Shown one piece after another: positions 1 through 9,667 of a DNA stretch of 40,971 nucleotides. The translations under genes were made by a program, and so were the position numbers. This DNA comes from Luminiphilus sp. GTDB taxonomy: Bacteria; Pseudomonadota; Gammaproteobacteria; Pseudomonadales; Halieaceae. Location of the stretch: positions 1 to 40,971 of the forward strand of contig JADHQF010000001.1 of assembly GCA_016778085.1 (NCBI GenBank), given 5' to 3'. Below the pieces are notes generated by a model. That model saw only the letters and a list, made by a program, of their open reading frames with translations. It had not been told where the DNA came from and did not search any database. Each line of letters begins with the position of its first letter. Within the stretch, counting starts at the first letter, position 1.

Positions 1-139
1 CGTCGATCGGTCCCGGGGTGAGCTTGCTCGCTTCTACCGCAGTGGCATCCCATTCTACGGTGGTTCTGAAATCGGCGACGTAGCGAAAGCAGCTTGCTAC
101 CGATCGTGGTACCTCGATCGTTTCGGTTAGGGTGATCAT
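1..139 (-). CDS. SRPBCC/polyketide cyclase-like domain protein, N-terminal part only (runs off the left edge)
   Basis: ATG at 139 opens MITLTETIEVPRSVASCFRYVADFRTTVEWDATAVEASKLTPGPID with no stop before the edge; the 'IEV..S...F.YVADF.....WD' pattern is typical of SRPBCC N-termini. Confidence 0.65.
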   Translation of the reverse strand, partial: MITLTETIEVPRSVASCFRYVADFRTTVEWDATAVEASKLTPGPID

Positions 140-170
140 GTGTGCCCACCAGACAGGGAGGTGCTTACAT

Positions 171-196
171 TACGCCGGTCGGCGATAGCCAGTTCA
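171..196 (-). promoter_or_regulatory. Putative ECF sigma (RpoE/ChrR-type) promoter
   Basis: Minus strand reads TGAACT-N15-GCGTA, about 30 nt upstream of the ATG at 139; compare the RpoE/ChrR consensus TGATCC-N15-GCGTA. Confidence 0.4.
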
Positions 197-241
197 CGTT
201 AGTTTCCTCTGAAATTAGCGGGCACCGGCAGTGATGATGAG

Positions 242-568
242 CTATTCCTCTACCCAGACGACCCTTAGGGGCTCGCCAAAATCATCGTAGACAACTTGCC
301 GGCGTCTTTTTGGGGTGCGTCTACGTACCACTTTGGTCCGGGCCCGTTTTGCTTCCCGTCGTGCGTCCAGAGCGGCGACTACCTCAGTGAGAGGTGTGCG
401 CTCAGCACGTCGCGTTTCAAATAGCGGTGCGGGCGGTGGGGCCTCGTCACGATCGTAAGCGCTGTCGCCAGCCTGAAATTCCCGCACTTTGCCGCCAGAC
501 GACAGAAAATCCGCGGTTTGCTGTTGTAGGCGTTCGCGCAAGTCGGTCTTGGAAGGCGGTTTTTTCAT
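242..568 (-). CDS. Small basic protein (108 aa) with a SutA RNAP-binding-domain-like motif
   Basis: ORF 242..613 trimmed to the ATG at 568 (GGAG RBS at 577-580; promoter lies inside the longer ORF). Contains LRERLQQQTADFLSSGGKVREF and an Arg-rich C-terminus ending YDDFGEPLRVVWVEE. Confidence 0.7.
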   Translation of the reverse strand: MKKPPSKTDLRERLQQQTADFLSSGGKVREFQAGDSAYDRDEAPPPAPLFETRRAERTPLTEVVAALDARREAKRARTKVVRRRTPKRRRQVVYDDFGEPLRVVWVEE

Positions 569-589
569 ACGACGATCTCCGAGACAAGC

Positions 590-618
590 ATTATAAAGAC
601 GGAGCCCTGCCACACCAA
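590..618 (-). promoter_or_regulatory. sigma70-type promoter for the 242..568 gene
   Basis: Minus strand TTGGTG (618-613)-N17-TATAAT (595-590). Confidence 0.6.
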
Positions 619-679
619 TCTATGGGCTGACCATGCCCTGCGGTTTCTGGTTTAATGCCCTCCCACAGGGTCCGAGGTG

Positions 680-723
680 CCCCGATTTGATGCAAACACC
701 CCCCCGATTTGACTCCGATATGT
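680..723. repeat. 11-bp direct repeats CCCCGATTTGA
   Basis: Exact copies at 680-690 and 702-712; degenerate copy CTCCGATATGT (8/11) at 713-723. Confidence 0.6.
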
Positions 724-754
724 CCGAGGACAGGCGGCGCCAGAGGATCGACTG

Positions 755-1612
755 ATGGGAATCCTGCGTTCATTGCTGGTGTTTCTCTGGATGGCGGTGA
801 CGGTCATTCCTTTCGCGCTGGCGATCATCCTCATGGCCCCATTTGTGGGGCCCGATGCCAGATGGTGGTATTTGGCCCGGCCCTGGCTGAGCGGTGCGGT
901 GGAGGCCGCGCGGTTGGTGGGCGGGATCCAGTACTCTATCGAGGGTGAGAGCGGCCTGCCTACAGCGGAGGATAACCAGCGCATCATTCTCTGCCCAAAA
1001 CACCAGTCGACCTGGGAAACGTTTTTTTTCGCCAGTCGCATGCCCCATCCTTTAGCCTACGTATTCAAACGCGAATTACTTTACATCCCGTTTTTCGGCT
1101 GGGCGATGGCATGCCTCAATATGATTCATATTGATCGAAGCGCCAGAGGGGACGCATGGAGTAAAGTTGCTTCGATGGGCGAAATGCTCATGGACCGCGG
1201 TAAGTGGGTCATCATGTTTCCTGAGGGTACACGCTCCGAGCGCGGAGCACAGGGGGTTTACAAGAATGGTGCCGCCAGACTTGCCATCGCGACCGGCGCG
1301 AGCATCGTGCCGATTGCGGTCGCGTCAGCGAGATGTTGGCCGCGTAAGAGCTTTACCTTTATACCCGGAACTGTGGCCGTCTCGTTTGGCCCGCAGATCG
1401 CGCCGTCCCCGGGCGAAAGTGCCGCTGACTTAATGGATAAGGTCTCAGACTGGATAGAGAATGAAATGCGCCATATTGATCCAGAAGCCTATCCCGAATC
1501 AGAGCGACCGCCCGACCCGCTTCAGCAGGAGGCAACACTAAGTGCGGCACTCGAGGAGCAGGCGGCTGCCGCGCGAGCGGCTCAAGGTGGTCTACACGAT
1601 GACAACGCATGA
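755..1612 (+). CDS. plsC: 1-acyl-sn-glycerol-3-phosphate (lysophospholipid) acyltransferase
   Basis: Motifs KHQSTWET, VFKREL, HIDRS and MFPEGTRS; N-terminal hydrophobic helix; GAGGA RBS. Confidence 0.88.
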   Translation: MGILRSLLVFLWMAVTVIPFALAIILMAPFVGPDARWWYLARPWLSGAVEAARLVGGIQYSIEGESGLPTAEDNQRIILCPKHQSTWETFFFASRMPHPLAYVFKRELLYIPFFGWAMACLNMIHIDRSARGDAWSKVASMGEMLMDRGKWVIMFPEGTRSERGAQGVYKNGAARLAIATGASIVPIAVASARCWPRKSFTFIPGTVAVSFGPQIAPSPGESAADLMDKVSDWIENEMRHIDPEAYPESERPPDPLQQEATLSAALEEQAAAARAAQGGLHDDNA

Positions 1613-1698
1613 ACTGAATCGACTGAACGGTGAGGCGCGAGGTGAACTCATTCGATACGGGGCCGGTGTAGACTGCGCGGACAAAGGGGAGGTCAGTA

Positions 1699-2322
1699 AT
1701 GGGATTCTATAGCGATACGATTGTGCCGAGGCTCGTCACCTGCGCCTGCGGCACCAAGCCGATCCTAAAGCAACGTGAGAAAGTGGTGCCGCTGGCTCAA
1801 GGCAAGGTGCTGGAGATTGGCATGGGGGCGGGACATAACCTGCCTTATTACGATGGTCAGCGAGTCGACGCGGTGGTTGGTATTGATCCCTGTGCCACCA
1901 GTTGGGACTTGGCTCAAAAAAGGGCCTCGCAGTTGGGCGTGCCGCTCGAATTCGTGCAGGGCTCGGCGGAGGATATGCCCCTGCCGAGCGAATCATTCGA
2001 TACGGTGCTGATGACCTTTAGTCTGTGCACTATTCCCGATGGACATGCGGCGCTCGAAGAAATACGTCGCGTCTTAAAGCCGGAGGGAAGCCTGGTGTTT
2101 TGCGAGCACGGCGAGGCGCCTGATGAATCCGTTGCCCGATGGCAAGCACGCATCAATCCCATGTGGAGGAAATTATTGGGAGGCTGCAACCTGAATCGGC
2201 CAATTGTGAATTGGATCAGTAAGGCCGGTTTCGGTATTCAGTCACTCGATCAGATGTACCTGCCGGGCACACCACGCATTGCGGGCTTTAACGTCTGGGG
2301 CAGCGCTCAGCGAGAGTGCTGA
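1699..2322 (+). CDS. Class I SAM-dependent methyltransferase (Methyltransf_11 type)
   Basis: VLEIGMGAGHN motif I, GIDP, SFDTV, RRVLKPEG; strong GGGGAGG RBS. Confidence 0.88.
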   Translation: MGFYSDTIVPRLVTCACGTKPILKQREKVVPLAQGKVLEIGMGAGHNLPYYDGQRVDAVVGIDPCATSWDLAQKRASQLGVPLEFVQGSAEDMPLPSESFDTVLMTFSLCTIPDGHAALEEIRRVLKPEGSLVFCEHGEAPDESVARWQARINPMWRKLLGGCNLNRPIVNWISKAGFGIQSLDQMYLPGTPRIAGFNVWGSAQREC

Positions 2323-3032
2323 GGGCCGTGAAAGACCGATCGGGGGGCGCGGCACTCGGGTTTCCCGTCGGAGCACTGGCTGTCTGTTTGTATGGTTGCG
2401 CGGGCGAGCCGACGTCGATGCCGACTTCCCATCATGACAGCCCGGTCCCTGATCTGTCGGGTCACTGGGAGGTGGATTATGCGCGAAGCGATAGCGTGCA
2501 AACCCAACTCAATGCTTCTTTTCGGGAGGTTCAGCGAGAGCTCCGGCGCCGACGTCAAGCGGCGGAGCGCGGAGCGAGCTACCAGGGTCCGCCGATGGGG
2601 GATTTGGACACGCTGGTAGCGGTGGCCAAAATGGCTGAGTTGGTTACTGAGCCAGAGCTTCTGGAGGTGTATCAGGATGTTCGGCGCATCCGCATAGAGC
2701 GAGAGAACAGTTTTGCCCTGAATTGTGAGCTGACGGGGGCGCAATCGGTTCCCAGTCTGCTGGGTGCTGAGCAGTGCTGGTGGGATGGAAACCAACTGCA
2801 TTTTCGGGTCCTTTTGCCTGATGGCTTGCTGATCAAACATCGGTTTGTGCGGTCGGCAGATGGTTTGTCTCTGTCGCAGAGGACCGCGCTGACCGCACCC
2901 GGTGTTGCAAGGGATATGGAGGTGGTCAGGATCTTCTCTCGCTACGACCCCACTGAGAGAGGTTACCGTTGTACGGAGACGCTTACGCGCGGTCGGGTTT
3001 GTACCACGGAGCAGGCAGCGCCTTATGAATGA
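2316..3032 (+). CDS. Hypothetical lipoprotein
   Basis: 238-aa ORF filling the space between flanking genes; hydrophobic stretch ending in lipobox-like LYG-C. Start codon uncertain. Confidence 0.7.
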   Translation: MLRAVKDRSGGAALGFPVGALAVCLYGCAGEPTSMPTSHHDSPVPDLSGHWEVDYARSDSVQTQLNASFREVQRELRRRRQAAERGASYQGPPMGDLDTLVAVAKMAELVTEPELLEVYQDVRRIRIERENSFALNCELTGAQSVPSLLGAEQCWWDGNQLHFRVLLPDGLLIKHRFVRSADGLSLSQRTALTAPGVARDMEVVRIFSRYDPTERGYRCTETLTRGRVCTTEQAAPYE

Positions 3033-4131
3033 CTGGCGAGTCTTGCCCCGGCTGCTCCTGCTGGCCAGCTTTTATGCATTGGGTAGTTGCGCTAGCTCGC
3101 CGAGTGACGAGACATCTACCGAGTTGCAGGAAGACTCGACTAGGGTATGGGATACCGTTGAGCCGCTGCTGATCGCAGCGGCTCCGACGATGCCCCTTCT
3201 GGATATCGCCGTTGAATTATTTGACCCCGGGGTATCTGGTGAGGATCGGTCTCCGGTGGCTGCGGTGAGACGCTTGGAGTCGCAACTTTTGGCGGGCGAG
3301 TTGAGAGACACATTGGCCCGCAGCAATCAATGGGGCGTTGTGAGGCTTGTGCCCACGGCCTCTTCTTTGACGCCGGTGTCAATTCGAGCCGGAATTGCGG
3401 TGTCTGACGGGCGCGATCTGGTTCTCGATGTCGTCGTCAAAGATGCGATGGGCGCTCTCTGGTTTGAATACACGATGGCTTATCGTCAGCAGTCTGCGGC
3501 GGATGAGGGATTTGGCGGCATCTTCAACGCTTTGGCTAACCGTCTGCTCTCGGTGTGGCAGGGCAAAGATCGTGATGAGCAAGACGCGTTGCTTCAGGGC
3601 GCCGAGATCGCTTACGCGGAGGCGCTAGCCCCCGAGGCGTTTTCAGGAATGATCCAGCGCTCAGAGACTGATTGGAAGGTTGTTCGGCTTCCGGCTGAAG
3701 GTGATCCTATGTTGGCGCGTATCGAGCGGATTCGAAATCAGGAGTATCTTTTTTGCGACACTATTGATGAGCAGTATGTTGACATGGTGGACCGGGTGGG
3801 TCCCACCTATCGGCTCTGGCGATCGGCCACACTGGAGCAGACTGAGTGGCTCGAGCGCTATCAGCGACGCGCAGCGGCTCGCACTGGCAGTGCGGGTGAC
3901 AGCGAGTTCACGCGGATGCAGGCGGAGTATGCGGCCTATCGGTCATTTCGGATTCAGGAACAGGCACTGTTTGAGCTGGCAGAGGCCTTTGATGGCGAGG
4001 CGAGGCCGACAGTGATGCGAACACAGGATCAAGTGTTTCGGTTGGAGGGGACCCTTGAGTCACAATACGACACGTGGCGCGACCTGTTGCGCGATATTTA
4101 CTTGATCGAGACTGGAGGCCAGACGCCGTGA
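3025..4131 (+). CDS. Hypothetical lipoprotein
   Basis: ORF 2902..4131 trimmed to the ATG at 3025, which overlaps the upstream stop; signal peptide MNDWRVLPRLLLLASFYALGS-C. Confidence 0.72.
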   Translation: MNDWRVLPRLLLLASFYALGSCASSPSDETSTELQEDSTRVWDTVEPLLIAAAPTMPLLDIAVELFDPGVSGEDRSPVAAVRRLESQLLAGELRDTLARSNQWGVVRLVPTASSLTPVSIRAGIAVSDGRDLVLDVVVKDAMGALWFEYTMAYRQQSAADEGFGGIFNALANRLLSVWQGKDRDEQDALLQGAEIAYAEALAPEAFSGMIQRSETDWKVVRLPAEGDPMLARIERIRNQEYLFCDTIDEQYVDMVDRVGPTYRLWRSATLEQTEWLERYQRRAAARTGSAGDSEFTRMQAEYAAYRSFRIQEQALFELAEAFDGEARPTVMRTQDQVFRLEGTLESQYDTWRDLLRDIYLIETGGQTP

Positions 4132-6299
4132 CCCACTCATTTCTCGCGACCTGTCCCGCGGGTGTCGGGGTCTATCTGGCTCAGGAGCTTGAGGGTTTGG
4201 GGGCTCAGCAGATCGTAGAGCGGCCCGTCGGTGTGTCCTTCGAGGGGGGCGTGGGGCTGGGGTATCGGGCCTGCCTATGGAGCCGCATGGCGAATCGCAT
4301 CATCCTCCAGCTAGGTGCGGCGCCGGCAAGCTCTGGCGACGAGCTGTATGAGGCGACGCGGGGTATCGATTGGACGGCGCATCTCGGAGCCAACGGCTCT
4401 CTGTTGGTCGACTTTGCCGGACGTAGCGCAGATATTCGAAATGCACAGTTCGGCGCGCAACGCATTAAGGACGCTATTGTCGATCAGTTCCGGGAGAAAG
4501 GCTTGGGGCGTCCCTCGGTCGATTTGAAGCAGCCAGATGTCCGGGTTTCTGCTCGCTTGAGCAAGGGGCGTCTGATTCTCGGTATCGATCTCAGTGGTGA
4601 AAGTCTCCACCGTCGCGGTTACAGGCTCGACGGGGGCGTCGCGCCGCTGCGGGAAAATATTGCTGCTGCAGCACTTTGGGCTGCGGGTTGGCCGGAGCGG
4701 AGTCAGCGGGGAGAGGCCTTGCTCGATCCGATGTGCGGTTCAGCCACGCTCCTACTGGAAGGCGCATTGATGGCTCTGGATCGGGCGCCGGGATTGAGTC
4801 GGCAACGCTTCGGATTCCATGGCTGGGTGGGTTATGACGAGGACCAATGGCGCGCCGTTCGCTCTGATGCAGAAGAGCGTGCTGTGGCGGTGCCGGCGAA
4901 TCAGTTGGAGATTAGGGGGTACGACGGTGACATGCAGGCGGTTCGGCGATGCCAAGACAATATAGGGCGCCTTGGTCTAGAAGATATCGTACGCATTCGC
5001 TGCAAAGATCTCGCTATGGTTAGTCGACCTACGCACCGGGATCTCTCGAGGGGCGTGCTGGTCACTAACCCACCTTGGGGAGAGCGCATGGGACAAAGGG
5101 ACGCGCTACCGCACCTTTACAACGCCTTGGGCGAGCGGATGAGCGAGGAATTCGATAACTGGCTGGCTGTGGTGCTGACCTCTGAGTTGTCGCTGGGTAA
5201 GGCCCTGGGTCTGCGCGCTAATAAACGCCATCGCTTTCATAATGGGCGACTCGATTTGCATTGCCTGCAATTTCAGCTCGGCGCCGAGAATCGATTTCGA
5301 ACACTGCAACAGGAGGCCGAGCGTGGCTCTGAAGGTCAGTCCACTGTGCCCCGGGTGCTGTCTCAGGGTGGTCAGATGGTCGCCAACCGTCTGCGAAAAA
5401 ATCTGAAGCGCCTCACGCCCTGGCTCAGACGGGAGGACGTTACCTGCTATCGGGTGTATGACGCGGACATCCCTGAGTATGCCGCGGCGATTGATGTGTA
5501 CGAAGGCCGATTACATATTGCCGAGTATGCGGCGCCTAAAGAGATTCCCGAGCAGAAAGCGGCAGAGCGTTTTGCGCAGCTGGTGGAGGGCGCGCGAGAA
5601 GTCTTTGAGGTCGGTGCCGCGGGGGAGATTGCGGTCAAGCAGAGACTGCGCCAGAAGGGGCGGGACCAGTATCAGCGGCTGGAAACGACCCGTGAGCGGA
5701 TTGTTGTCCGGGAGGGCAGGGTCAAGGCGCTGGTCAATTTGCACGATTATCTGGATACCGGTCTGTTTCTAGACCACCGGCCGCTCCGCGCGTGGCTGGG
5801 CAGAGACGCCAGTGGCGGGCACTTTCTCAATTTGTTCAGCTACACCGGAGTTGCCACACTGCATGCGGCTCTGGGCGGTGCGACCACCAGTACCAGTATC
5901 GACAGCTCCGCCACCTACCTCGAATGGTTCAAAGCCAATCTGGCGCTCAATGGCTTATCGGACCGCCAGCACCGCGGTGTCCGCGCCGATGTCAGGGACT
6001 GGCTGTCAGAGGAGACGCGCACTTATGACCTGATCATGGTGGACCCCCCGTCTTTTTCAAACTCCAAGGGTCAAGCCGATTTCGACGTGCAGCGGGATCA
6101 CTTTTCCCTGCTGGAGCTGGCGATGGCACGCCTCAGTGATGGTGGGGTGCTCTACTTTTCAACCAACCATCGCAAATTTGTATTGGACCCGGCGGTGCAG
6201 CAGACATGGCAGGTGCAAGACGTCACGCAGGGTTCAATCCCGGAAGATTTCTCCCGTAATCACCGCATTCATGCCTGCTGGCGCCTGACCCACGGCTGA
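4128..6299 (+). CDS. rlmKL: Bifunctional 23S rRNA m7G2069/m2G2445 methyltransferase RlmKL
   Basis: THUMP region, SLHRRGYR, APLRENIAAA, DPMCGSAT, NPPWGER; second MTase domain with YRVYDADIPEY, DYLDTGLFLDHR, NLFSYTG, DPPSFSNSK. GTG start in a GTGA overlap with the previous stop. Confidence 0.95.
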   Translation: MTHSFLATCPAGVGVYLAQELEGLGAQQIVERPVGVSFEGGVGLGYRACLWSRMANRIILQLGAAPASSGDELYEATRGIDWTAHLGANGSLLVDFAGRSADIRNAQFGAQRIKDAIVDQFREKGLGRPSVDLKQPDVRVSARLSKGRLILGIDLSGESLHRRGYRLDGGVAPLRENIAAAALWAAGWPERSQRGEALLDPMCGSATLLLEGALMALDRAPGLSRQRFGFHGWVGYDEDQWRAVRSDAEERAVAVPANQLEIRGYDGDMQAVRRCQDNIGRLGLEDIVRIRCKDLAMVSRPTHRDLSRGVLVTNPPWGERMGQRDALPHLYNALGERMSEEFDNWLAVVLTSELSLGKALGLRANKRHRFHNGRLDLHCLQFQLGAENRFRTLQQEAERGSEGQSTVPRVLSQGGQMVANRLRKNLKRLTPWLRREDVTCYRVYDADIPEYAAAIDVYEGRLHIAEYAAPKEIPEQKAAERFAQLVEGAREVFEVGAAGEIAVKQRLRQKGRDQYQRLETTRERIVVREGRVKALVNLHDYLDTGLFLDHRPLRAWLGRDASGGHFLNLFSYTGVATLHAALGGATTSTSIDSSATYLEWFKANLALNGLSDRQHRGVRADVRDWLSEETRTYDLIMVDPPSFSNSKGQADFDVQRDHFSLLELAMARLSDGGVLYFSTNHRKFVLDPAVQQTWQVQDVTQGSIPEDFSRNHRIHACWRLTHG

Positions 6300-6392
6300 C
6301 AGCCCGACGAAAAGCGCGCCTGAAACGATGAATCCGGGGCGTCAAGGCAAGTGGCCGTGGTGGCCGTAGCGCCTTTATTGGCCTTACTTCGG

Positions 6393-6401
6393 TGCTATAC
6401 T
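6393..6401 (+). promoter_or_regulatory. Extended -10 promoter of the leu operon
   Basis: TGcTATACT followed by a GC-rich discriminator CCGCGCC, ~88 nt upstream of leuC. Confidence 0.6.
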
Positions 6402-6488
6402 CCGCGCCTTTTTTAGGCGCAGCCGCTGCCGAAATCCGTCTGTTGGGTTGGGGGGCTCTGCGTTCGTTGGCTTTCGGGATTTCAGTTC

Positions 6489-7925
6489 ATGGCGCAAACG
6501 CTATACGACAAACTTTGGGACGCTCATCTGGTCGAGGAGCGCGATGACGGGACGGCACTGATATACATCGATCGTCATCTGCTACATGAAGTGACTTCGC
6601 CTCAGGCCTTTGAGGGGCTCACCCTTGCCAGCAGAGACCTGTGGCGGCGTAGCGCCAACCTCGCGGTGCCGGATCATAATGTTTCGACACTGAAGAGTGA
6701 GCGAGAGGCGGGCTTGGAGGCATTGCCTGACGCCGTGTCCCGTGTCCAGTTACAGACCCTCGACGATAATTGCGAGTCCTTCGACGTGGTGGAAATTCCG
6801 CTGAACGATGTGCGGCAGGGTATTGTGCATGTCATGGGCCCCGAGCAGGGCGCGGTGCTGCCGGGTATGACAGTTGTGTGCGGTGATTCCCATACCTCAA
6901 CGCATGGCGCTGCCGGCGCACTGGCGCAAGGTATCGGCACGTCGGAAGTTGAGCACGTGATGGCTACGCAGTGTTTGATCCAGCGGAAAATGAAGAACTT
7001 CCGAGTAGAGGTCACGGGTCGGCTGGCTGGGGGCGCGACCGCCAAAGATATCGCCTTGGCGGTTATCGGTGAGATCGGCACTGCGGGCGGCACCGGTTTC
7101 GCGCTGGAGTTCACAGGCACGGCGATTTGTGAACTGACGATGGAAGGCCGAATGACGCTTTGCAACATGGCGATAGAGGCTGGCGCCCGCTGTGGCTTGG
7201 TGGCGGTTGATGAGGTAACGCTGGATTATTTCCGGGACAAACCACTCGCACCCAAAGGCGCGCAGTGGGATGCGGCAGAGGCCTGGTGGCGGACGCTTCA
7301 CAGTGATGAGGGTGCCGTCTTTGATCGCAGCATCACGCTCGATGGCGACGCAATTGCGCCTCACGTGACCTGGGGCACCTCACCCGAGATGGTCACTTCA
7401 GTGCATGGGCGGGTACCCACTCTGGCGGAGATGCCCGATGAGACGGCGCGGCTTGGGTTGTCCAGGGCCCTCGAGTACATGGGGCTTGAGGAGGGTATGG
7501 CGATCGCCGAGATCAAGCCTGATGCGGTCTTTATCGGTTCCTGCACCAATTCACGTATCGAGGACCTCCGTGCCGCTGCCCGGGTGCTCGAGGGGCGTAA
7601 AGTAGCGCCCTCCATCCGCAAGGCGCTAGTGGTGCCGGGTTCGGGATTGGTCAAGGCTCAGGCAGAGGCCGAGGGGCTGGATCGCATTTTCATTGAGGCC
7701 GGTATGGAGTGGCGTGAGCCCGGTTGCTCGATGTGTTTGGCGATGAACGCAGACCGTTTACTTCCAGGTGAGCGATGTGCCAGCACCTCTAATCGCAACT
7801 TTGAGGGCCGACAAGGCAGTGGTGGCCGAACGCACTTGGTCAGTCCGGCCATGGCGGCGGCGGCGGCGGTGGCGGGCCATTTTGTGCCGTTGGAAGCAAC
7901 CGGTTATACAGTGGAGGCCGGCTGA
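6489..7925 (+). CDS. leuC: 3-isopropylmalate dehydratase large subunit
   Basis: [59 protein letters not shown]. Confidence 0.98.
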   Translation: MAQTLYDKLWDAHLVEERDDGTALIYIDRHLLHEVTSPQAFEGLTLASRDLWRRSANLAVPDHNVSTLKSEREAGLEALPDAVSRVQLQTLDDNCESFDVVEIPLNDVRQGIVHVMGPEQGAVLPGMTVVCGDSHTSTHGAAGALAQGIGTSEVEHVMATQCLIQRKMKNFRVEVTGRLAGGATAKDIALAVIGEIGTAGGTGFALEFTGTAICELTMEGRMTLCNMAIEAGARCGLVAVDEVTLDYFRDKPLAPKGAQWDAAEAWWRTLHSDEGAVFDRSITLDGDAIAPHVTWGTSPEMVTSVHGRVPTLAEMPDETARLGLSRALEYMGLEEGMAIAEIKPDAVFIGSCTNSRIEDLRAAARVLEGRKVAPSIRKALVVPGSGLVKAQAEAEGLDRIFIEAGMEWREPGCSMCLAMNADRLLPGERCASTSNRNFEGRQGSGGRTHLVSPAMAAAAAVAGHFVPLEATGYTVEAG

Positions 7926-8575
7926 TGAAACCGTTTACTGTCCACAGCGGGCTCGTCGCACCCATGGATCGCGCTAACGTCGATACTGATCTTATGATTC
8001 CGAAGCAGTTCCTGAAATCGATCAAGCGATCGGGGTTTGGTCCGAATTTATTTGATGAGCTTCGATATCTAGATGAAGGGCAGCCCGACGCGGATAATAG
8101 TAGTCGGCCGTTGAATCCCGATTTCCCCTTGAATCTGCCGCGCTATCAGGGCGCCTCTATTTTGCTCGCCCGGGAGAATTTCGGCTGCGGCTCGAGCCGT
8201 GAACATGCGGCATGGGCGATGGAGGATTTCGGTTTTCGTGCTGTTATCGCGCCGAGTTTTGCCGACATCTTTCGCTCGAACGCGCTTAAAAACGGCATCC
8301 TGCCGATTGTGCTTCCCGCGGACCAAGTTGACACGTTGTTCGCTGCCATACGCGTTGAAGAAGGCTACGCCCTGACGATTGACCTCGAGGCTTGCACGAT
8401 TTTTCTGCCTGACGGTTCGCTCTGGTCATTTGAATTGGATGCCTTTCGTCGGGAGTGTTTGCTGAAGGGTTTGGATGACATCGGTATCACGCTGGAGCGA
8501 ACGGACGCCATTCAGGCTTTTGAAGAGCAGCACCGCGAGCGATTTCCTTGGTTGTTTGAGGATATTGTTCTGTGA
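7925..8575 (+). CDS. leuD: 3-isopropylmalate dehydratase small subunit
   Basis: [32 protein letters not shown]; follows leuC. Confidence 0.98.
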   Translation: MKPFTVHSGLVAPMDRANVDTDLMIPKQFLKSIKRSGFGPNLFDELRYLDEGQPDADNSSRPLNPDFPLNLPRYQGASILLARENFGCGSSREHAAWAMEDFGFRAVIAPSFADIFRSNALKNGILPIVLPADQVDTLFAAIRVEEGYALTIDLEACTIFLPDGSLWSFELDAFRRECLLKGLDDIGITLERTDAIQAFEEQHRERFPWLFEDIVL

Positions 8576-9660
8576 GCAGTCAAATTCTGCTCCTGCCCGG
8601 CGATGGGATTGGTCCGGAAGTTGTGCGTGAGGCACGACGGGTGCTGGAAGCCGCAGACGCTCAGTTCTCGCTAGGGCTCAGCTTCAGCGAAGGACGACTG
8701 GGCGGCATTGCGATCGATGAGGAGGGCGCTGCGTATCCCGATGCCACACGTGCCTTGGCCCGAGGTGCTGACGCGATTTTACTCGGCGCCGTCGGTGGCT
8801 CCCAGTGGGACGCGCTGCCTGCCGCGGATCGCCCAGAGCGAGGGCTGTTGGCGATTCGGGCTGATCTGGATTTATTCTGTAACCACCGGCCAGCGTTGTT
8901 GTTTCCCGATTTGGCTGAGGCTTCGAGTCTACGAGCAGAGCTGGTGGCGGGCCTCGATGTGCTCATTGTCCGAGAGTTGACCGGCGGGATTTATTTCGGC
9001 GAGCCACGTGGCATCACCACCAACGCCGATGGCGTCCGCGAGGGCTACAATACCGACCGCTACAGCGAGACGGAGATTCGCCGTATCGGTCGACTGGCCT
9101 TTGAGGCGGCACAAAAGCGAGGTGGTCGCCTGTGTTCGGTCGATAAGGCTAATGTGCTCGAAGTGACCATGCTGTGGCGAGAGACCATGGAGTCCCTGAG
9201 CGCAGACTACCCCGACGTAGCGCTGTCGCATATGTATGTCGATAACGCAGCCATGCAGCTGGTGCGTGAGCCCAAGCAATTTGACGTTCTGGTGACCGGT
9301 AATCTTTTTGGCGACATTCTCTCTGACATTGCTGCCATGTTGACCGGATCCATTGGGATGTTGCCGTCGGCGTCGCTTAACGCGGACGCCAAGGGGCTAT
9401 ATGAGCCGGTTCATGGCTCTGCGCCTGATATTGCAGGCACTGACAGCGCTAACCCGCTTGCAACTATTCTGTCAGCGGCCATGCTGTTGCGCTACTCGCT
9501 CAATGCGCCGGAGGCTGCTGAAGCCATAGAAGGCGCCGTGGCCTCTGTATTGGCGCAGGGTCTTCGCACGGCGGATTTGATTGTTGATGGCAACCACGCC
9601 GCGGCTGTTGGTACGCGGGCGATGGGTGACGCCGTTGTGGCGGCGTTGCGAGGCCACTAG
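8572..9660 (+). CDS. leuB: 3-isopropylmalate dehydrogenase
   Basis: [49 protein letters not shown]. Confidence 0.98.
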   Translation: MSSQILLLPGDGIGPEVVREARRVLEAADAQFSLGLSFSEGRLGGIAIDEEGAAYPDATRALARGADAILLGAVGGSQWDALPAADRPERGLLAIRADLDLFCNHRPALLFPDLAEASSLRAELVAGLDVLIVRELTGGIYFGEPRGITTNADGVREGYNTDRYSETEIRRIGRLAFEAAQKRGGRLCSVDKANVLEVTMLWRETMESLSADYPDVALSHMYVDNAAMQLVREPKQFDVLVTGNLFGDILSDIAAMLTGSIGMLPSASLNADAKGLYEPVHGSAPDIAGTDSANPLATILSAAMLLRYSLNAPEAAEAIEGAVASVLAQGLRTADLIVDGNHAAAVGTRAMGDAVVAALRGH

Positions 9661-9667
9661 GGAGACG

